From: Spirochaetia bacterium
GTDB taxonomy: Bacteria > Spirochaetota > Spirochaetia > Treponematales > UBA12059
DNA: 64,000 nt
Assembly: GCA_034003955.1 (NCBI GenBank)
Contig: JAVEXO010000012.1
Span: 337 to 64,336 of the forward strand
Direction of reading: 5' to 3'
Within the stretch, counting starts at the first letter, position 1, and each line of letters begins with the position of its first letter. The position numbers were made by a program, and so were the translations under genes. The notes below the pieces were generated by a model. The model saw nothing but the letters and a program-made list of their open reading frames with translations. It was not told where the DNA came from and made no database searches. Shown here in pieces: positions 36,453 through 46,272 of this stretch.

Positions 36453-36479
36453 GGCCCGCTCCCCAACAGGGGGCGGGCC
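36453..36479 (-). terminator. Hairpin between convergent atoA and pepT
   Basis: GGCCCGC(T)CCCC-AACA-GGGGGCGGGCC. The minus strand follows with CTCTTTTGC. Confidence 0.55.
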
Positions 36480-36503
36480 TTGCCATGGGTGTGCCTGTTA
36501 GTT

Positions 36504-37760
36504 CTACCTGGCCCAGAGTTTGATCAGCTCAAGTGTTGTGTCTACGCCAAGGACCATCTCCGAGGCACTGGCCCACTCGAAACGGCCATGGAAGTTGTGC
36601 ATGCCGGCGAAGATGTTAGGCGTTGGAATGCCCATTTCTGTCAGGCGGGCACCATCGGTGCCGCCTCGTATTGGCTTGGAGAATGGCTCGGCTCCGGCCA
36701 TGCCCGCGGCCTCATACAGGAGCTCTATGACCTTGGGATTCTCGTCGAGCTTCTTCTTCATGTTGAGGTACTGTTTGCGGAAGCTCAAGGCTACCTTGCC
36801 GCCGGGGAACTGAGCCTCTACGGTGGCCGCTATGCTCTTGAGTGTCTCCTGCCTGCGTGCCATGCCCTCGTCTGTAAAGTCGCGGAGGAGTACGTCGACG
36901 TTGGAAGATTCAAGCCCACCGTGTATCTCATGGGCATAATAGTAGCCATACCAGGCGTCGGTGGCTTCGGGGCTCTCACTGCGTGGCAGCATTGATACGA
37001 AGCTTGCGGCCATGGCGACGGCATTGGCCATCACGCCGCGTGCATAGCCAGGATGTGACGATTTACCCGTAATGACGGCCTTGGCCTCGTAGGCGTTGAA
37101 ACACTCTGTCTCAAGCTCGCCTCCGCGTCCACCATCGAAGGTGTAGCAGGCATCCATCTTTACCTTGCCGAGCGGGAAGCCGTCCATGCCCTTGCCCGTC
37201 TCCTCGTCAGGAGAGAAGATGATACAGAGCGGGCCATGGTGTAGATTGGGATTCTTCATGACGGCGGCCATGGCCGTCATCACTATCGCAATGCCGCTCT
37301 TGTCATCGGCGCCCAGGAGGGTCGTGCCGTCGGTGACTATGATGGTGTCTCCGACATAGTCATTGAGCTGGGCAAACTCGGCAGGATCCAGGATCCAGCC
37401 TGGTGAAAGCTCCACCGCCTTGCCGTCATAGTTTGTGATTACCCGTGGTTTTACGTTGGCGCCAGAGACCTCGCTTGATGTGTCCAGGTGGGCCATCAGC
37501 CCTATCGTAGGCTTCTGTTCGTAGCCGGGGCTTGCCGGTACATGGGCTATGACGAAGCACTGCTCGTCAAGCGTCACATCCGCTATGCCCAGGCCCTTGA
37601 GCTCGGAGAGGAGGATCCGTGCTAGATCCCATTGCGAGGGGGTGGAAGGGATGACATTCACGTGTCTGTCGCTTGTCGTCTCTATCTTGGCGTAGCGGAC
37701 AAGCCGCTCTATGGTTTCGTCTGTATGGGGTCTCGCCAGTATGGCTGCGTAGTCTTTCAT
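36504..37760 (-). CDS. pepT: Peptidase T (tripeptide aminopeptidase, M20B)
   Basis: 418 aa. ERLVRYAKIETTSD N-terminus and M20 metal ligands (MAHLDT, GADDKSG). Confidence 0.85.
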   Translation of the reverse strand: MKDYAAILARPHTDETIERLVRYAKIETTSDRHVNVIPSTPSQWDLARILLSELKGLGIADVTLDEQCFVIAHVPASPGYEQKPTIGLMAHLDTSSEVSGANVKPRVITNYDGKAVELSPGWILDPAEFAQLNDYVGDTIIVTDGTTLLGADDKSGIAIVMTAMAAVMKNPNLHHGPLCIIFSPDEETGKGMDGFPLGKVKMDACYTFDGGRGGELETECFNAYEAKAVITGKSSHPGYARGVMANAVAMAASFVSMLPRSESPEATDAWYGYYYAHEIHGGLESSNVDVLLRDFTDEGMARRQETLKSIAATVEAQFPGGKVALSFRKQYLNMKKKLDENPKVIELLYEAAGMAGAEPFSKPIRGGTDGARLTEMGIPTPNIFAGMHNFHGRFEWASASEMVLGVDTTLELIKLWAR

Positions 37761-37826
37761 GGCTACGGAGTATGAGCCTGGGGGAGAAGATTTTCAAGAC
37801 TCTATACTGTTTCTTCTAGTAGATGG

Positions 37827-40232
37827 TCATACGGGCGATCGTTGCTGGCAAGGAGCCAGGAGCTGATCGGCTAGCCCCTGGCTCCTGAAGGCTGTGGCTA
37901 TCTGGGTAAGAGCCTCAAGATGTATCTGGGGGCCGGATTGGTAGGGAGAGACTATGGCAATGAGTATCCTGACCGGTGATGACAGGGCCACCAGAGGCCA
38001 GCCTGATGGCCTGGCGCCTATGGCAAGGGTAGGGAGGCTGACTCCCCTGGCATGGGCATGGAGCAGGAGGACTCCTTCTGACAGCTCTATGGGCGTCTTG
38101 CGGGCTATACTTGAGAACAGTGAGGCTAGTCTGCCTGAGGCGACGCGATCGTCGTTCATGATCGCGTCGGTTAGTTTTCGTATGGCGTCTACGAGTGCCT
38201 CCTCACGCATGTCTGTCAGTATTCTCCCCGAGTCGAAGGCCGAGGCTATGATTGGCGGCATCCTCTGCCTGGCCGAAACCGCATCGAAGCGCTCTGTGCT
38301 TGTCACGGGCTCCCCATCGCCGTCTGCCGTCTCGCTGACAAGGCCGGCTTCTATATGCTGTGTTGCGGGTTTAGGAAGGAACCAGAGGATTATTGTTGAG
38401 TCGGAGAAGGCAGTGTCCAGCACGACAGGCAGACGCTCGTGGCCAGGGTTCCATGTGCTGTCTCCGGGACGAGAGGAGAATACAACGAAGGATGTGCTTG
38501 CACTGACCCGGCCTGTAAGAGCCGAGGGCACATCTCTCCACGTCTGTACCGATGTGACCGACCGTTCCTCTAGCATGCCATCGCTAGCCTCCACTAGGGC
38601 CGAGGCAGTACCCCCAATCATGAAGGCTTCCATGGCTCCTATGGGTCGACCCCATGCCCTCGCGCTTGCCTCCAAGGCTGTCTTGAAGCCTGTAGATGTC
38701 TCGACTCCTGCCACGGCCATCGCTATGAGGCGCCTGGATGTCCTGAATGCTTCTGCCCTCTGTATGGCTACGACCGCTCCGGGGAAGGCTACGAGGAGGC
38801 CCTCGAGTGCCGAATTGATCTCACCTTCGACGAGTGGCATGCCTTCGCCAAGGCCTATCAGCACGGCGTCGGCATGGCGTTCCAGGGCGGCTCGGGCGAG
38901 GCCGTCGGGGACGCTGGCCGATACAATGACGCTGGGGAGCACCCTGATGTCGGCTGATGTTCCGGTAGCAACGCAGCGGACCAAGGCTTCTTCTGCCTCC
39001 GTAGTGCTGACACCAGAGCCCCGCTTGATTGAGGCCACGCAGACGGCCCTAATTGGATCTGCCCTTGCCCCAAGAGAGGCGGCAAAGGACAGTACGCCGT
39101 AGGTGGCTCCCTTGGTCGAGACGCCAACGAGGGCCTTGATGGGTGTCGATGCTTGTCCAGCGCCCGGCATGTCTCTGGAGCCTCGCTTGAGCGGAATGGC
39201 TATAAGGTAGGCCAGTGCCACTCCGGCCATCAGTGCGTCGCCTGCCAGACCGGTCTTCCTGGCCACGAGCAGGGCCGCGAAGGCAAGGGCCTGGTTGGGA
39301 AGGTAACTCGTCCGCTTGCCCGCAATGAGGCTTTGAAGAAAGGCGCTAAGTAGCATAGAGCCGCCTATGATGCCTATGGCGAGGGCATTGGCTGATGCTA
39401 GCTTTAGATTCATGCCGTATCCGGCTATGAAGGCAAGGCTGTAGTATGCCTCGCCTGTTGCCAGTTTCCAGAGCCCTGAAGCCTTCCGCACGTCGCTTCT
39501 GGAGGTTCCATCATCGAAGTTGGCCCGGACCAGAGCCAGGCTCAGGCCGGCGGCAAGCCCTGCGGCTGGCCAGGGTAGACCAAGTGCCTTAAGCGACCAG
39601 GCGAGGCCAAGAGCGAGGGCTGGAAAAGCCAATGCTATAAATGAGACCAGGCCAGGGCTTGTCTTGCCAAATCCAGCGGCCATGGCAAGAATGGCTGCTA
39701 GTATGGTCGTAGCCAGGGCGGCGCCTGCCGCTCCAGTGCTTAATGTGGAGGCCAGGGCAAGAGCCAGGCCAGAGGCCAGCAATCCTGGGCCACTCATGCG
39801 ACCCAGCCAGATGGCTGCAGCCAGGATGGCGGCCACCCTGATGATGTCAGAGTGTTCAGATCCGTTGACGATGCCAAAACCTATGGCAAGGGATAAGCCC
39901 GTCGCCAGCGGCACTAATCCCGCTAGCACGCAACGCCAGCGTCTGTGCAAATTCTGTTCGAGTACAGCGAGATTTTGCGATAGTCTAACGCTGTAGCCGG
40001 CTGCCATCATGGCAACCATGCTCACAGCATCGGCGGCAATCCAATAGAGGCCAGTCGGTGCATGGTTTGTAGCGACAAGGGAGTAGAAAGTCGCTGAAGC
40101 GGCGCCCAGAATGACGAGCAGACCGGTAGCACTACCTGATAAGCGCTTTTCTACCAAGACGGCTATGGCCCTGGAGGCGAGGAAGGCCAGAAGCGGCACC
40201 AAGAGTGACTGATACTCTAATTGGGCTAGCAT
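37827..40232 (-). CDS. Large polytopic membrane protein with cytoplasmic Usp-like modules and a C-terminal PTS-EIIA type-2-like domain
   Basis: 801 aa. The Ala/Gly/Leu-rich N-terminal approx. 400 aa has at least 10 TM segments. The C-terminal approx. 140 aa resemble PTS_EIIA_2 (EGVLLLHAHARGV...VRILIAIVSP...HLEALTQIA). Confidence 0.6.
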   Translation of the reverse strand: MLAQLEYQSLLVPLLAFLASRAIAVLVEKRLSGSATGLLVILGAASATFYSLVATNHAPTGLYWIAADAVSMVAMMAAGYSVRLSQNLAVLEQNLHRRWRCVLAGLVPLATGLSLAIGFGIVNGSEHSDIIRVAAILAAAIWLGRMSGPGLLASGLALALASTLSTGAAGAALATTILAAILAMAAGFGKTSPGLVSFIALAFPALALGLAWSLKALGLPWPAAGLAAGLSLALVRANFDDGTSRSDVRKASGLWKLATGEAYYSLAFIAGYGMNLKLASANALAIGIIGGSMLLSAFLQSLIAGKRTSYLPNQALAFAALLVARKTGLAGDALMAGVALAYLIAIPLKRGSRDMPGAGQASTPIKALVGVSTKGATYGVLSFAASLGARADPIRAVCVASIKRGSGVSTTEAEEALVRCVATGTSADIRVLPSVIVSASVPDGLARAALERHADAVLIGLGEGMPLVEGEINSALEGLLVAFPGAVVAIQRAEAFRTSRRLIAMAVAGVETSTGFKTALEASARAWGRPIGAMEAFMIGGTASALVEASDGMLEERSVTSVQTWRDVPSALTGRVSASTSFVVFSSRPGDSTWNPGHERLPVVLDTAFSDSTIILWFLPKPATQHIEAGLVSETADGDGEPVTSTERFDAVSARQRMPPIIASAFDSGRILTDMREEALVDAIRKLTDAIMNDDRVASGRLASLFSSIARKTPIELSEGVLLLHAHARGVSLPTLAIGARPSGWPLVALSSPVRILIAIVSPYQSGPQIHLEALTQIATAFRSQGLADQLLAPCQQRSPV

Positions 40233-40341
40233 GTTGGTGTTTTAAAAATAGACGAGCAGGCGCTCGCGCGCAAGGCCGTGCCTGACACAAAAGATGGTGT
40301 TTCAAGGGGCATGCCGAGGAGCGTCCATGCTGGTGGCAGGC

Positions 40342-41283
40342 TTAGAACTCTCCCAGCATGACCACTTCAGTCTCAAGCTCAATGTCGTAGGCCAAGCGCG
40401 CCGCCGTCTTGGCCTCCCCTATGAGGGCTAGCATGTCGGCTGCGCTCGCACGGCCTGCGTTTACGAAGATGTTGGCATGCTTGAGGCTTACCATGGCATC
40501 ACCCACACGCCTGCCGCGGAAACCCAGTTCGTCGAGTATGCGTCCAGTCGGTCTACCAAAATCATGATTGTTCTTAAAGAGGCTGCCGGCGCATGGTAGA
40601 TCGAAATGACCCTTCTTGGCTCTGTCGGCCTCAAGCTCTGCCATCCTTGCGGTAATCTCCCTGGGTTCACCTGGTGTAAGTTCAAGGCTGGCTCCCGTGA
40701 CAATTGCTCCGTACAGATTGCCTCCAGGCATGAACGGCGTGCGCTTGTATGACCACTGCCCGCGTTCTATGCCCAAGGATGATGGGAGCCACGTTCCTGC
40801 TTGAAGGTAGTCTACGCGCGTAAGGAGGTCGGCGAACTCCTTTTCGTAGCAGCGGGCGTTCATATACACCGTCCCGCCTAGCGATCCCGGCAGACCCGCG
40901 GCAAATTCCAGGCCACTCAGGCCATGCTGCAAGGCCAGGCTCACCAGGTCGACGACGGGCAGGCCAGCATCCGCGTATAGGGTGCTGCCTGCTTCATTGT
41001 CTGTCAAGAGCCGCGAGGTTCGCAAAAGTTCTGTAGAGACGACAATGCCACGTACTCCCTGGTCGGCAACCAGGAGGTTGGCGCCTCCTCCCACGACTGC
41101 TATGGGTATGCCCTCGGCATGGGCTGCAGTTAGCAAGGTCGACAAGGCTACCGTAGATCGCGGCCTGACGAAGGCGTCGGCCGGGCCGCCTATCCTGAAT
41201 GTCGTGTGAGCCGACATTGGCTCGTCGAATGCAATAAGCGCGTCTATATTGCTTTTATCGATGAATTTACGTAGTGTGTTCAT
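40342..41283 (-). CDS. murB: UDP-N-acetylenolpyruvoylglucosamine reductase
   Basis: FAD-binding N-terminus (TTFRIGGPADAFVRP; VVGGGANLLV) and MurB C-terminal domain. Confidence 0.9.
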   Translation of the reverse strand: MNTLRKFIDKSNIDALIAFDEPMSAHTTFRIGGPADAFVRPRSTVALSTLLTAAHAEGIPIAVVGGGANLLVADQGVRGIVVSTELLRTSRLLTDNEAGSTLYADAGLPVVDLVSLALQHGLSGLEFAAGLPGSLGGTVYMNARCYEKEFADLLTRVDYLQAGTWLPSSLGIERGQWSYKRTPFMPGGNLYGAIVTGASLELTPGEPREITARMAELEADRAKKGHFDLPCAGSLFKNNHDFGRPTGRILDELGFRGRRVGDAMVSLKHANIFVNAGRASAADMLALIGEAKTAARLAYDIELETEVVMLGEF

Positions 41284-41334
41284 ACTCGATCCATGCTATA
41301 GCAACTTGGACGAATTGTTAATATGGAGGTTGGC

Positions 41335-42834
41335 ATGGCTTTACGATTATATAACACGCTAGGACGCTCGCTACAGCCCTTCGAACCATTGAAGCCGGGC
41401 TCGGTGGGTTTCTACGGATGCGGACCTACCGTATATAACTTCGCGCACATTGGCAATCTCAGGGCCTATGTCGTAGACGACGTGATAGCCCGTTCTCTTC
41501 GTTACTTAGGCTATGACGTGACGCATGTGATGAATATCACCGATGTGGGCCACCTGTCCGGTGACGACGACTCCGGTGAAGACAAGATGGTGAAGTCGGC
41601 CGTCGAGCGCGGCAAGAGCGTGCTCGAGGTGGCCCGATACTACACCGATGCCTTCTTTGCCGACAGCAGCGCGCTCAATATTCAGCGTCCCAGTGTCGTC
41701 TGCAAGGCAACCGACCATATCGACGACATGATAGCGCTCATAAAGCGTATAGAAGTCAATGGCTTTACCTACGCCTCTGGTGGCAATCTGTACTTCGATG
41801 TATCAAAGTTCCCCAGCTACGGTGATCTTGCCATGCTCAGGATGGATGAGCAGCAGTCTGGAGCCCGTATAGAGATAGACGCCAACAAGCGCAACCCACA
41901 GGACTTCGTGCTGTGGTTTACCAAGAGCAAGTTCGAGGATCAGGCTCTCCAGTGGGATAGCCCCTGGGGTAGAGGCTACCCCGGTTGGCACGTCGAGTGC
42001 TCCGCCATGAGCATGAAGTACCTTGGTGACAGCTTCGATATCCATGCCGGCGGTATAGACCACATCCCCGTGCATCATACAAACGAGATTGCCCAGAGCG
42101 AGGCCGCCACAGGAAAGAAGTGGGTCAAGTACTGGCTGCACAACGAGTTCCTTATAATGGGAGCAGGCAAGATGAGTAAGAGCAAGGGCGGATTTCTGAC
42201 GCTCAAGACGCTCGTCGATGCCGGATACGACCCTCTTGACTTTCGCTTCTTTCTCCTTGGTGGGCATTACCGTTCCCAGCTCCAGTTCTCCTACGACGCC
42301 CTCGACTCGGCCAGGGCATCCCGAGCCTCGCTTGTCGAGCGCGTCCTGGCCCTCCGCGAGAAGGTGCCCGCAGGCACGCCTCAAGGCACGCCTCAAGGCG
42401 GCTCCGGGCCGACTTTAGTCTCTGCACTCTGCGCCCCTGCCGCGTCCAGGCTCAAGGCCTTCCGCGAGGCCATAGAGGATGACTTTTCAACACCGCGAGC
42501 CATGGCCGAGCTGTGGGGTGTGCTCAAGGAGCAGGGAGTTCCCGCGGCAGACGCCTTAGGCGCAGCCTTTGATATGGACAGGGTGCTTGGCCTGGGATTG
42601 TCTGACCTCGTTCGGGCTCAGGCGGCTCCTGTAGACCCCGAGCTGGCTAGCGAGGTGGCCTCGCTCATAGCCCAGAGGCTGGCAGCCAAGAACGACAAGG
42701 ACTTTGCCACGGCTGACGGTATTAGAAATGGGCTCAAGGCGCGTGGCATCGTTCTGGAGGATGGGCCATCGGGTACGACATGGAAGATGGGCCCTGAATC
42801 TACCGTGTCGCAGGTAAAAAAGCCTACGGCGTAA
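41335..42834 (+). CDS. cysS: Cysteine--tRNA ligase
   Basis: HIGN (HIGNLRAY) and KMSKS motifs, and MALRLYNTLGRS N-terminus. Confidence 0.95.
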   Translation: MALRLYNTLGRSLQPFEPLKPGSVGFYGCGPTVYNFAHIGNLRAYVVDDVIARSLRYLGYDVTHVMNITDVGHLSGDDDSGEDKMVKSAVERGKSVLEVARYYTDAFFADSSALNIQRPSVVCKATDHIDDMIALIKRIEVNGFTYASGGNLYFDVSKFPSYGDLAMLRMDEQQSGARIEIDANKRNPQDFVLWFTKSKFEDQALQWDSPWGRGYPGWHVECSAMSMKYLGDSFDIHAGGIDHIPVHHTNEIAQSEAATGKKWVKYWLHNEFLIMGAGKMSKSKGGFLTLKTLVDAGYDPLDFRFFLLGGHYRSQLQFSYDALDSARASRASLVERVLALREKVPAGTPQGTPQGGSGPTLVSALCAPAASRLKAFREAIEDDFSTPRAMAELWGVLKEQGVPAADALGAAFDMDRVLGLGLSDLVRAQAAPVDPELASEVASLIAQRLAAKNDKDFATADGIRNGLKARGIVLEDGPSGTTWKMGPESTVSQVKKPTA

Positions 42835-42851
42835 CGGACGGGGGACGAGGA

Positions 42852-43391
42852 TTGTTTAACAACAGTAGTGGCGCCGACGATCCGGCGTTCAAGGCTTTGT
42901 ACGACGAGACATTCACGATGCTCTGGAGGGTAGCCCGCAGGATAACCAATTCCGACGAAGCCGCCGAGGACGTCGTGCATGACTCGTATATAAAGGTCGT
43001 GGAACGCTGGAGCATGTTCCCAACAAGGAATGATGCCAAGTACTGGCTCATCCGCGTCGTCAAGAACAACGCGCTCAACTGGATAAAAAGAAAAGGACGC
43101 GAGCAGAAGGTGTACCAGCGCTACCTCAAGGAATTGGATGATACATCGGAATCACCCGAAGACCAGGCCTTGAAGGCCGAGGCAAGCGACAGTATGCGTC
43201 GAAATCTTGATAGGCTGCCTGAAAAATTCAGGATGGTACTGGTGCTCAAGGAGTATGGACTGCTCAACTACAAGGAAATAGGGCGTGTCATGGGAATAGC
43301 AGAAGGTAACGTCAAGATTAGAGTATTCAGGGCTCGAGAAGCCCTGGCTGCAATGATGCGGGAGGATGGTAACGATGTGTCCCGACCGTGA
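42852..43391 (+). CDS. ECF-type RNA polymerase sigma factor
   Basis: Region 2 (AEDVVHDSYIKVVERW) and region 4 (YKEIGRVMGIAEGNVKIRVFRAREAL). TTG start inferred. Confidence 0.85.
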   Translation: MFNNSSGADDPAFKALYDETFTMLWRVARRITNSDEAAEDVVHDSYIKVVERWSMFPTRNDAKYWLIRVVKNNALNWIKRKGREQKVYQRYLKELDDTSESPEDQALKAEASDSMRRNLDRLPEKFRMVLVLKEYGLLNYKEIGRVMGIAEGNVKIRVFRAREALAAMMREDGNDVSRP

Positions 43392-43959
43392 GCTTTTATC
43401 CGCATGGGTTGATGGTGAGATACCATCACCGTGGAGCGATAGCATTGATCGCCATGTAGCTGCGTGTTCATCATGCACAACCGTCGTGGCCGCCATGCGG
43501 GAGACGCAAACGCTGTTCTCATCCGATAGAGCCTCCATGGATGAGGCTTCTTTAGTCGCCAAGAGTAGAATCCAGAATCGCCTGGTATCGACACTCCCCA
43601 CAGGGCAGTCTATACGCTCGGCACTGAGCAGATCAGGATCGAGAGCGCTCTGGTCGCATAAATTCATGGTGCCTCTTCCTGCCATAGCCGCCGCCGCCTT
43701 GGTCCTGGCCGTCCTGGGCTTCTCTCTGGCCGTCAGCGGCCGGCGCAATGCAGAGCTCGAGGTGGCAGTACGCAGGGCCTTCGAGGCGACTCCGGTGGCG
43801 ACATCGGGCATGGGCATAGAGTCTATAATAGAGTTTGTTTCGAGTCAGAATGCTCCGGTCAGCATCAATATAAACCTTCCTGCGGAGGCCTTCGCCGGTT
43901 CCGCAGGGGAACCCTTCATTGTTCGTGAGGCTGACTATAAGCCGGGGAGTCGCAAGTGA
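43375..43959 (+). CDS. Anti-sigma factor (zf-HC2-like N-terminus, single TM)
   Basis: CPDRELLSAWVDGE...HVAACSSC motif and a TM at VPLPAIAAAALVLAVLGFSLAV. Overlaps the end of the sigma gene. Confidence 0.7.
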   Translation: MCPDRELLSAWVDGEIPSPWSDSIDRHVAACSSCTTVVAAMRETQTLFSSDRASMDEASLVAKSRIQNRLVSTLPTGQSIRSALSRSGSRALWSHKFMVPLPAIAAAALVLAVLGFSLAVSGRRNAELEVAVRRAFEATPVATSGMGIESIIEFVSSQNAPVSININLPAEAFAGSAGEPFIVREADYKPGSRK

Positions 43960-44522
43960 GGCATAGTCTGCTTGCAGGCACGGCTTTGCTAGCCACCATG
44001 CTGGCGGCCGTATCCTCCTGGGCTCAACAGCCTGCGCAAGGCTTGGAGTCCGGATCCTTGTCATCGATTCCCTCTGCCCTGCTTGGTGACGCCCTGAGCG
44101 TCTCCATATTGGCGTCTTTGGGTAAGCCCGCAGAGGCTCCCAGCTGGGAAGCCCGGGATGTTAAATACACCATCCCCGGCACGCCGGTGTCTATAAAGAT
44201 GGTAGGCGCAGAGGCCGTCATAGTCATCACCCTGACCCCATACAAGAACGCTGGCGGAGGCTTGCTACTCGTAGCACAGGGGCAGGTGTGGTACAAGGAT
44301 GGTGACGCGGGGCTCAGTTACAGGACGACGGTAGATACGTTGATGGTAGGTTTCGGCGAGCGTGTGCTCTTCTATCCCTTCGGAGCCAATCCTGAGCTCG
44401 GCTCCCCCTTGCGCGTAGAACTCATACTGTCAAAGTATTCAGCCGACGAGCTGGGGCCAGATGCCTCTAAGGTACCGACAGAGGCTGGGCCGCCATCCGT
44501 CAAGGAAAAAACCAAGCCATGA
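43956..44522 (+). CDS. Secreted hypothetical protein
   Basis: GTG start overlapping the previous stop (GTGA). Signal peptide MRHSLLAGTALLATMLAAVSSWA. Confidence 0.6.
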   Translation: MRHSLLAGTALLATMLAAVSSWAQQPAQGLESGSLSSIPSALLGDALSVSILASLGKPAEAPSWEARDVKYTIPGTPVSIKMVGAEAVIVITLTPYKNAGGGLLLVAQGQVWYKDGDAGLSYRTTVDTLMVGFGERVLFYPFGANPELGSPLRVELILSKYSADELGPDASKVPTEAGPPSVKEKTKP

Positions 44523-46207
44523 GGGTCGGTTTATCGCCACCACACTCCAAAAGACGGGGCAGACGCCCGGTGGTTCTGTATGTGGTTTTGGCCTTGGTCG
44601 TAATAGCCGCAGCCATAGCCCTACCTATAGTGAGAGCCAGGGCAGGTCGGCCCCTTGTCATGTCCATAGAACCCTCTATTGGTGAGCCGGGAAGCCTGCT
44701 TCTTATAACAGGCAAACACTTCGGCTCGGAGCGTGGAGAGGGCAGAGTAGAGTTTGACAGGGCAGCCCCAACAACATCATCGTATCTTTCCTGGAGCGAC
44801 GAGAAGATAGAGTTGCGTATCCCCCTGTATGCCGAGTCTAACCTGGTACACGTGGTCACCGAACGCGGCCGTTCAAACGCCAAGATGTTCATGAGTCGTG
44901 CCCTCCTGCCAAGCGCGCCTGTAGGATCAAGCCTGAGGACACTCGGCCCATCGATAGAGTCATTGTCGTCTGATTCTGGGGTCATAGGAGCCCTTGTAAC
45001 CATCAAAGGGCTTAATTTTGGGGCAAACAGGGGCGATTCTTCGGTACTCTTTACCTGGATGGGTGAATCTGGCATACAGGTACAGAATGATGAATCAGGC
45101 AGAGGCTATGTGAGCCCCCAAGACTCCTCAGGCGAATATGAGAGCTGGTCAGACAAAGAAATACGAGTTAGAATACCGGACGGAGCCATAACAGGCGGCA
45201 TAGCGGTCAAGACGACCAAGGGCTCCAGCCCCGTACGCTACTTTCAGGTGCTCAATGCCCCCGGTACCAAGATATATGGTGGCCGAAGGACCTATGCACT
45301 CTCCTCCTTCGTTACTATTTCGCGGGTACAGCAGACTGGTCCCAACTCCCTCTATGTATGGATGCCTTTTCCGGCAGAGACACCATCGCAGCGTGGGGTC
45401 AAGGCTCTTGGGAGGTCTACAGAGCCACTCTTGCCCGATTATCATGGCTTGTCCGCATACCGGCTCGTCGATCTTGTGGCCGATAAGCTGACGACGGTGG
45501 AACAGGATCATCTAGTACAGGTATACGGAGTACAGACGGACGTCAAGGTCGACAAGATACAGGCTCCCCCGGCTCCTGCTCCGCGTCTATACACCACAAT
45601 GGTGCAGGCCGATACCCTCGTTCCCTCCGACGATCCAGCGATTGTAGCCTTGGCCAAGAAGGCGGCGGGTCGTGAGAAGAATCATTACAAGATAGCCCAG
45701 GCTTCCCTTGTCACCCTGGCATCGTCTGTCAGCTATGATGCCGGCTCTGTCTCTGACTCAGCGGCCAAGGCACTGAGTGGAGGCAAGGTAGATGCATGGG
45801 ACATGGCCATCATATACGCCGCCATGCTCAGGGCGTCAGGTATACCCGCATTGCCGGTAGCCGGAGTGCTCGTAGACGATTCACGCCGCGCCTGGCGTCA
45901 TGTCTGGGCGGAATTCTATATCTATGGCTTTGGCTGGATACCGGTAGATCCAGTCCTGGCTACGGGCGGAGACATAGGCCAGTTTAAACCGGCCTTCGAT
46001 GACAGGTCTCGGTACTTTGGCAATCTTGACGACAGACACATTGCCTTCTCGCGTGGTCTTACAATCGTTGACAGGATAAGCCCTGATGGCAGAACCGTTG
46101 CAGCCTCAAGACGCTACTCCTTCCAGAACATCTTCGAGGAGGCGACTGGGGCAATAGCTGCGTACACGTCTTTCTGGAGCGATGTGGAGATTACCGGCGT
46201 GTATTAG
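44519..46207 (+). CDS. Membrane-anchored protein with two IPT/TIG-like domains and a C-terminal transglutaminase-like core
   Basis: N-terminal TM. Two GxxLxIxGxxFG repeats (GSLLLITGKHFG, GALVTIKGLNFG). The C-terminus AAMLRASGIPALPVAG...RHVWAEFYIYGFGWIPVDP matches the transglutaminase-core pattern. Confidence 0.7.
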   Translation: MRVGLSPPHSKRRGRRPVVLYVVLALVVIAAAIALPIVRARAGRPLVMSIEPSIGEPGSLLLITGKHFGSERGEGRVEFDRAAPTTSSYLSWSDEKIELRIPLYAESNLVHVVTERGRSNAKMFMSRALLPSAPVGSSLRTLGPSIESLSSDSGVIGALVTIKGLNFGANRGDSSVLFTWMGESGIQVQNDESGRGYVSPQDSSGEYESWSDKEIRVRIPDGAITGGIAVKTTKGSSPVRYFQVLNAPGTKIYGGRRTYALSSFVTISRVQQTGPNSLYVWMPFPAETPSQRGVKALGRSTEPLLPDYHGLSAYRLVDLVADKLTTVEQDHLVQVYGVQTDVKVDKIQAPPAPAPRLYTTMVQADTLVPSDDPAIVALAKKAAGREKNHYKIAQASLVTLASSVSYDAGSVSDSAAKALSGGKVDAWDMAIIYAAMLRASGIPALPVAGVLVDDSRRAWRHVWAEFYIYGFGWIPVDPVLATGGDIGQFKPAFDDRSRYFGNLDDRHIAFSRGLTIVDRISPDGRTVAASRRYSFQNIFEEATGAIAAYTSFWSDVEITGVY

Positions 46208-46272
46208 TCTAAGGATCCTTTCGCATATCGCTCTTGCGTGCTATGCTTAAGACGTGCTTCAAGGAGGTAGTC

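Noticed and set aside
37954-39102. 382-aa plus-strand ORF, with other antisense ORFs at 39520-39996 and 38858-39127, inside the 801-aa membrane protein gene
   Set aside because: Ser/Ala/Arg/Pro-rich shadow frames opposite an Ala/Gly/Leu-rich gene. Nothing independently supports them.
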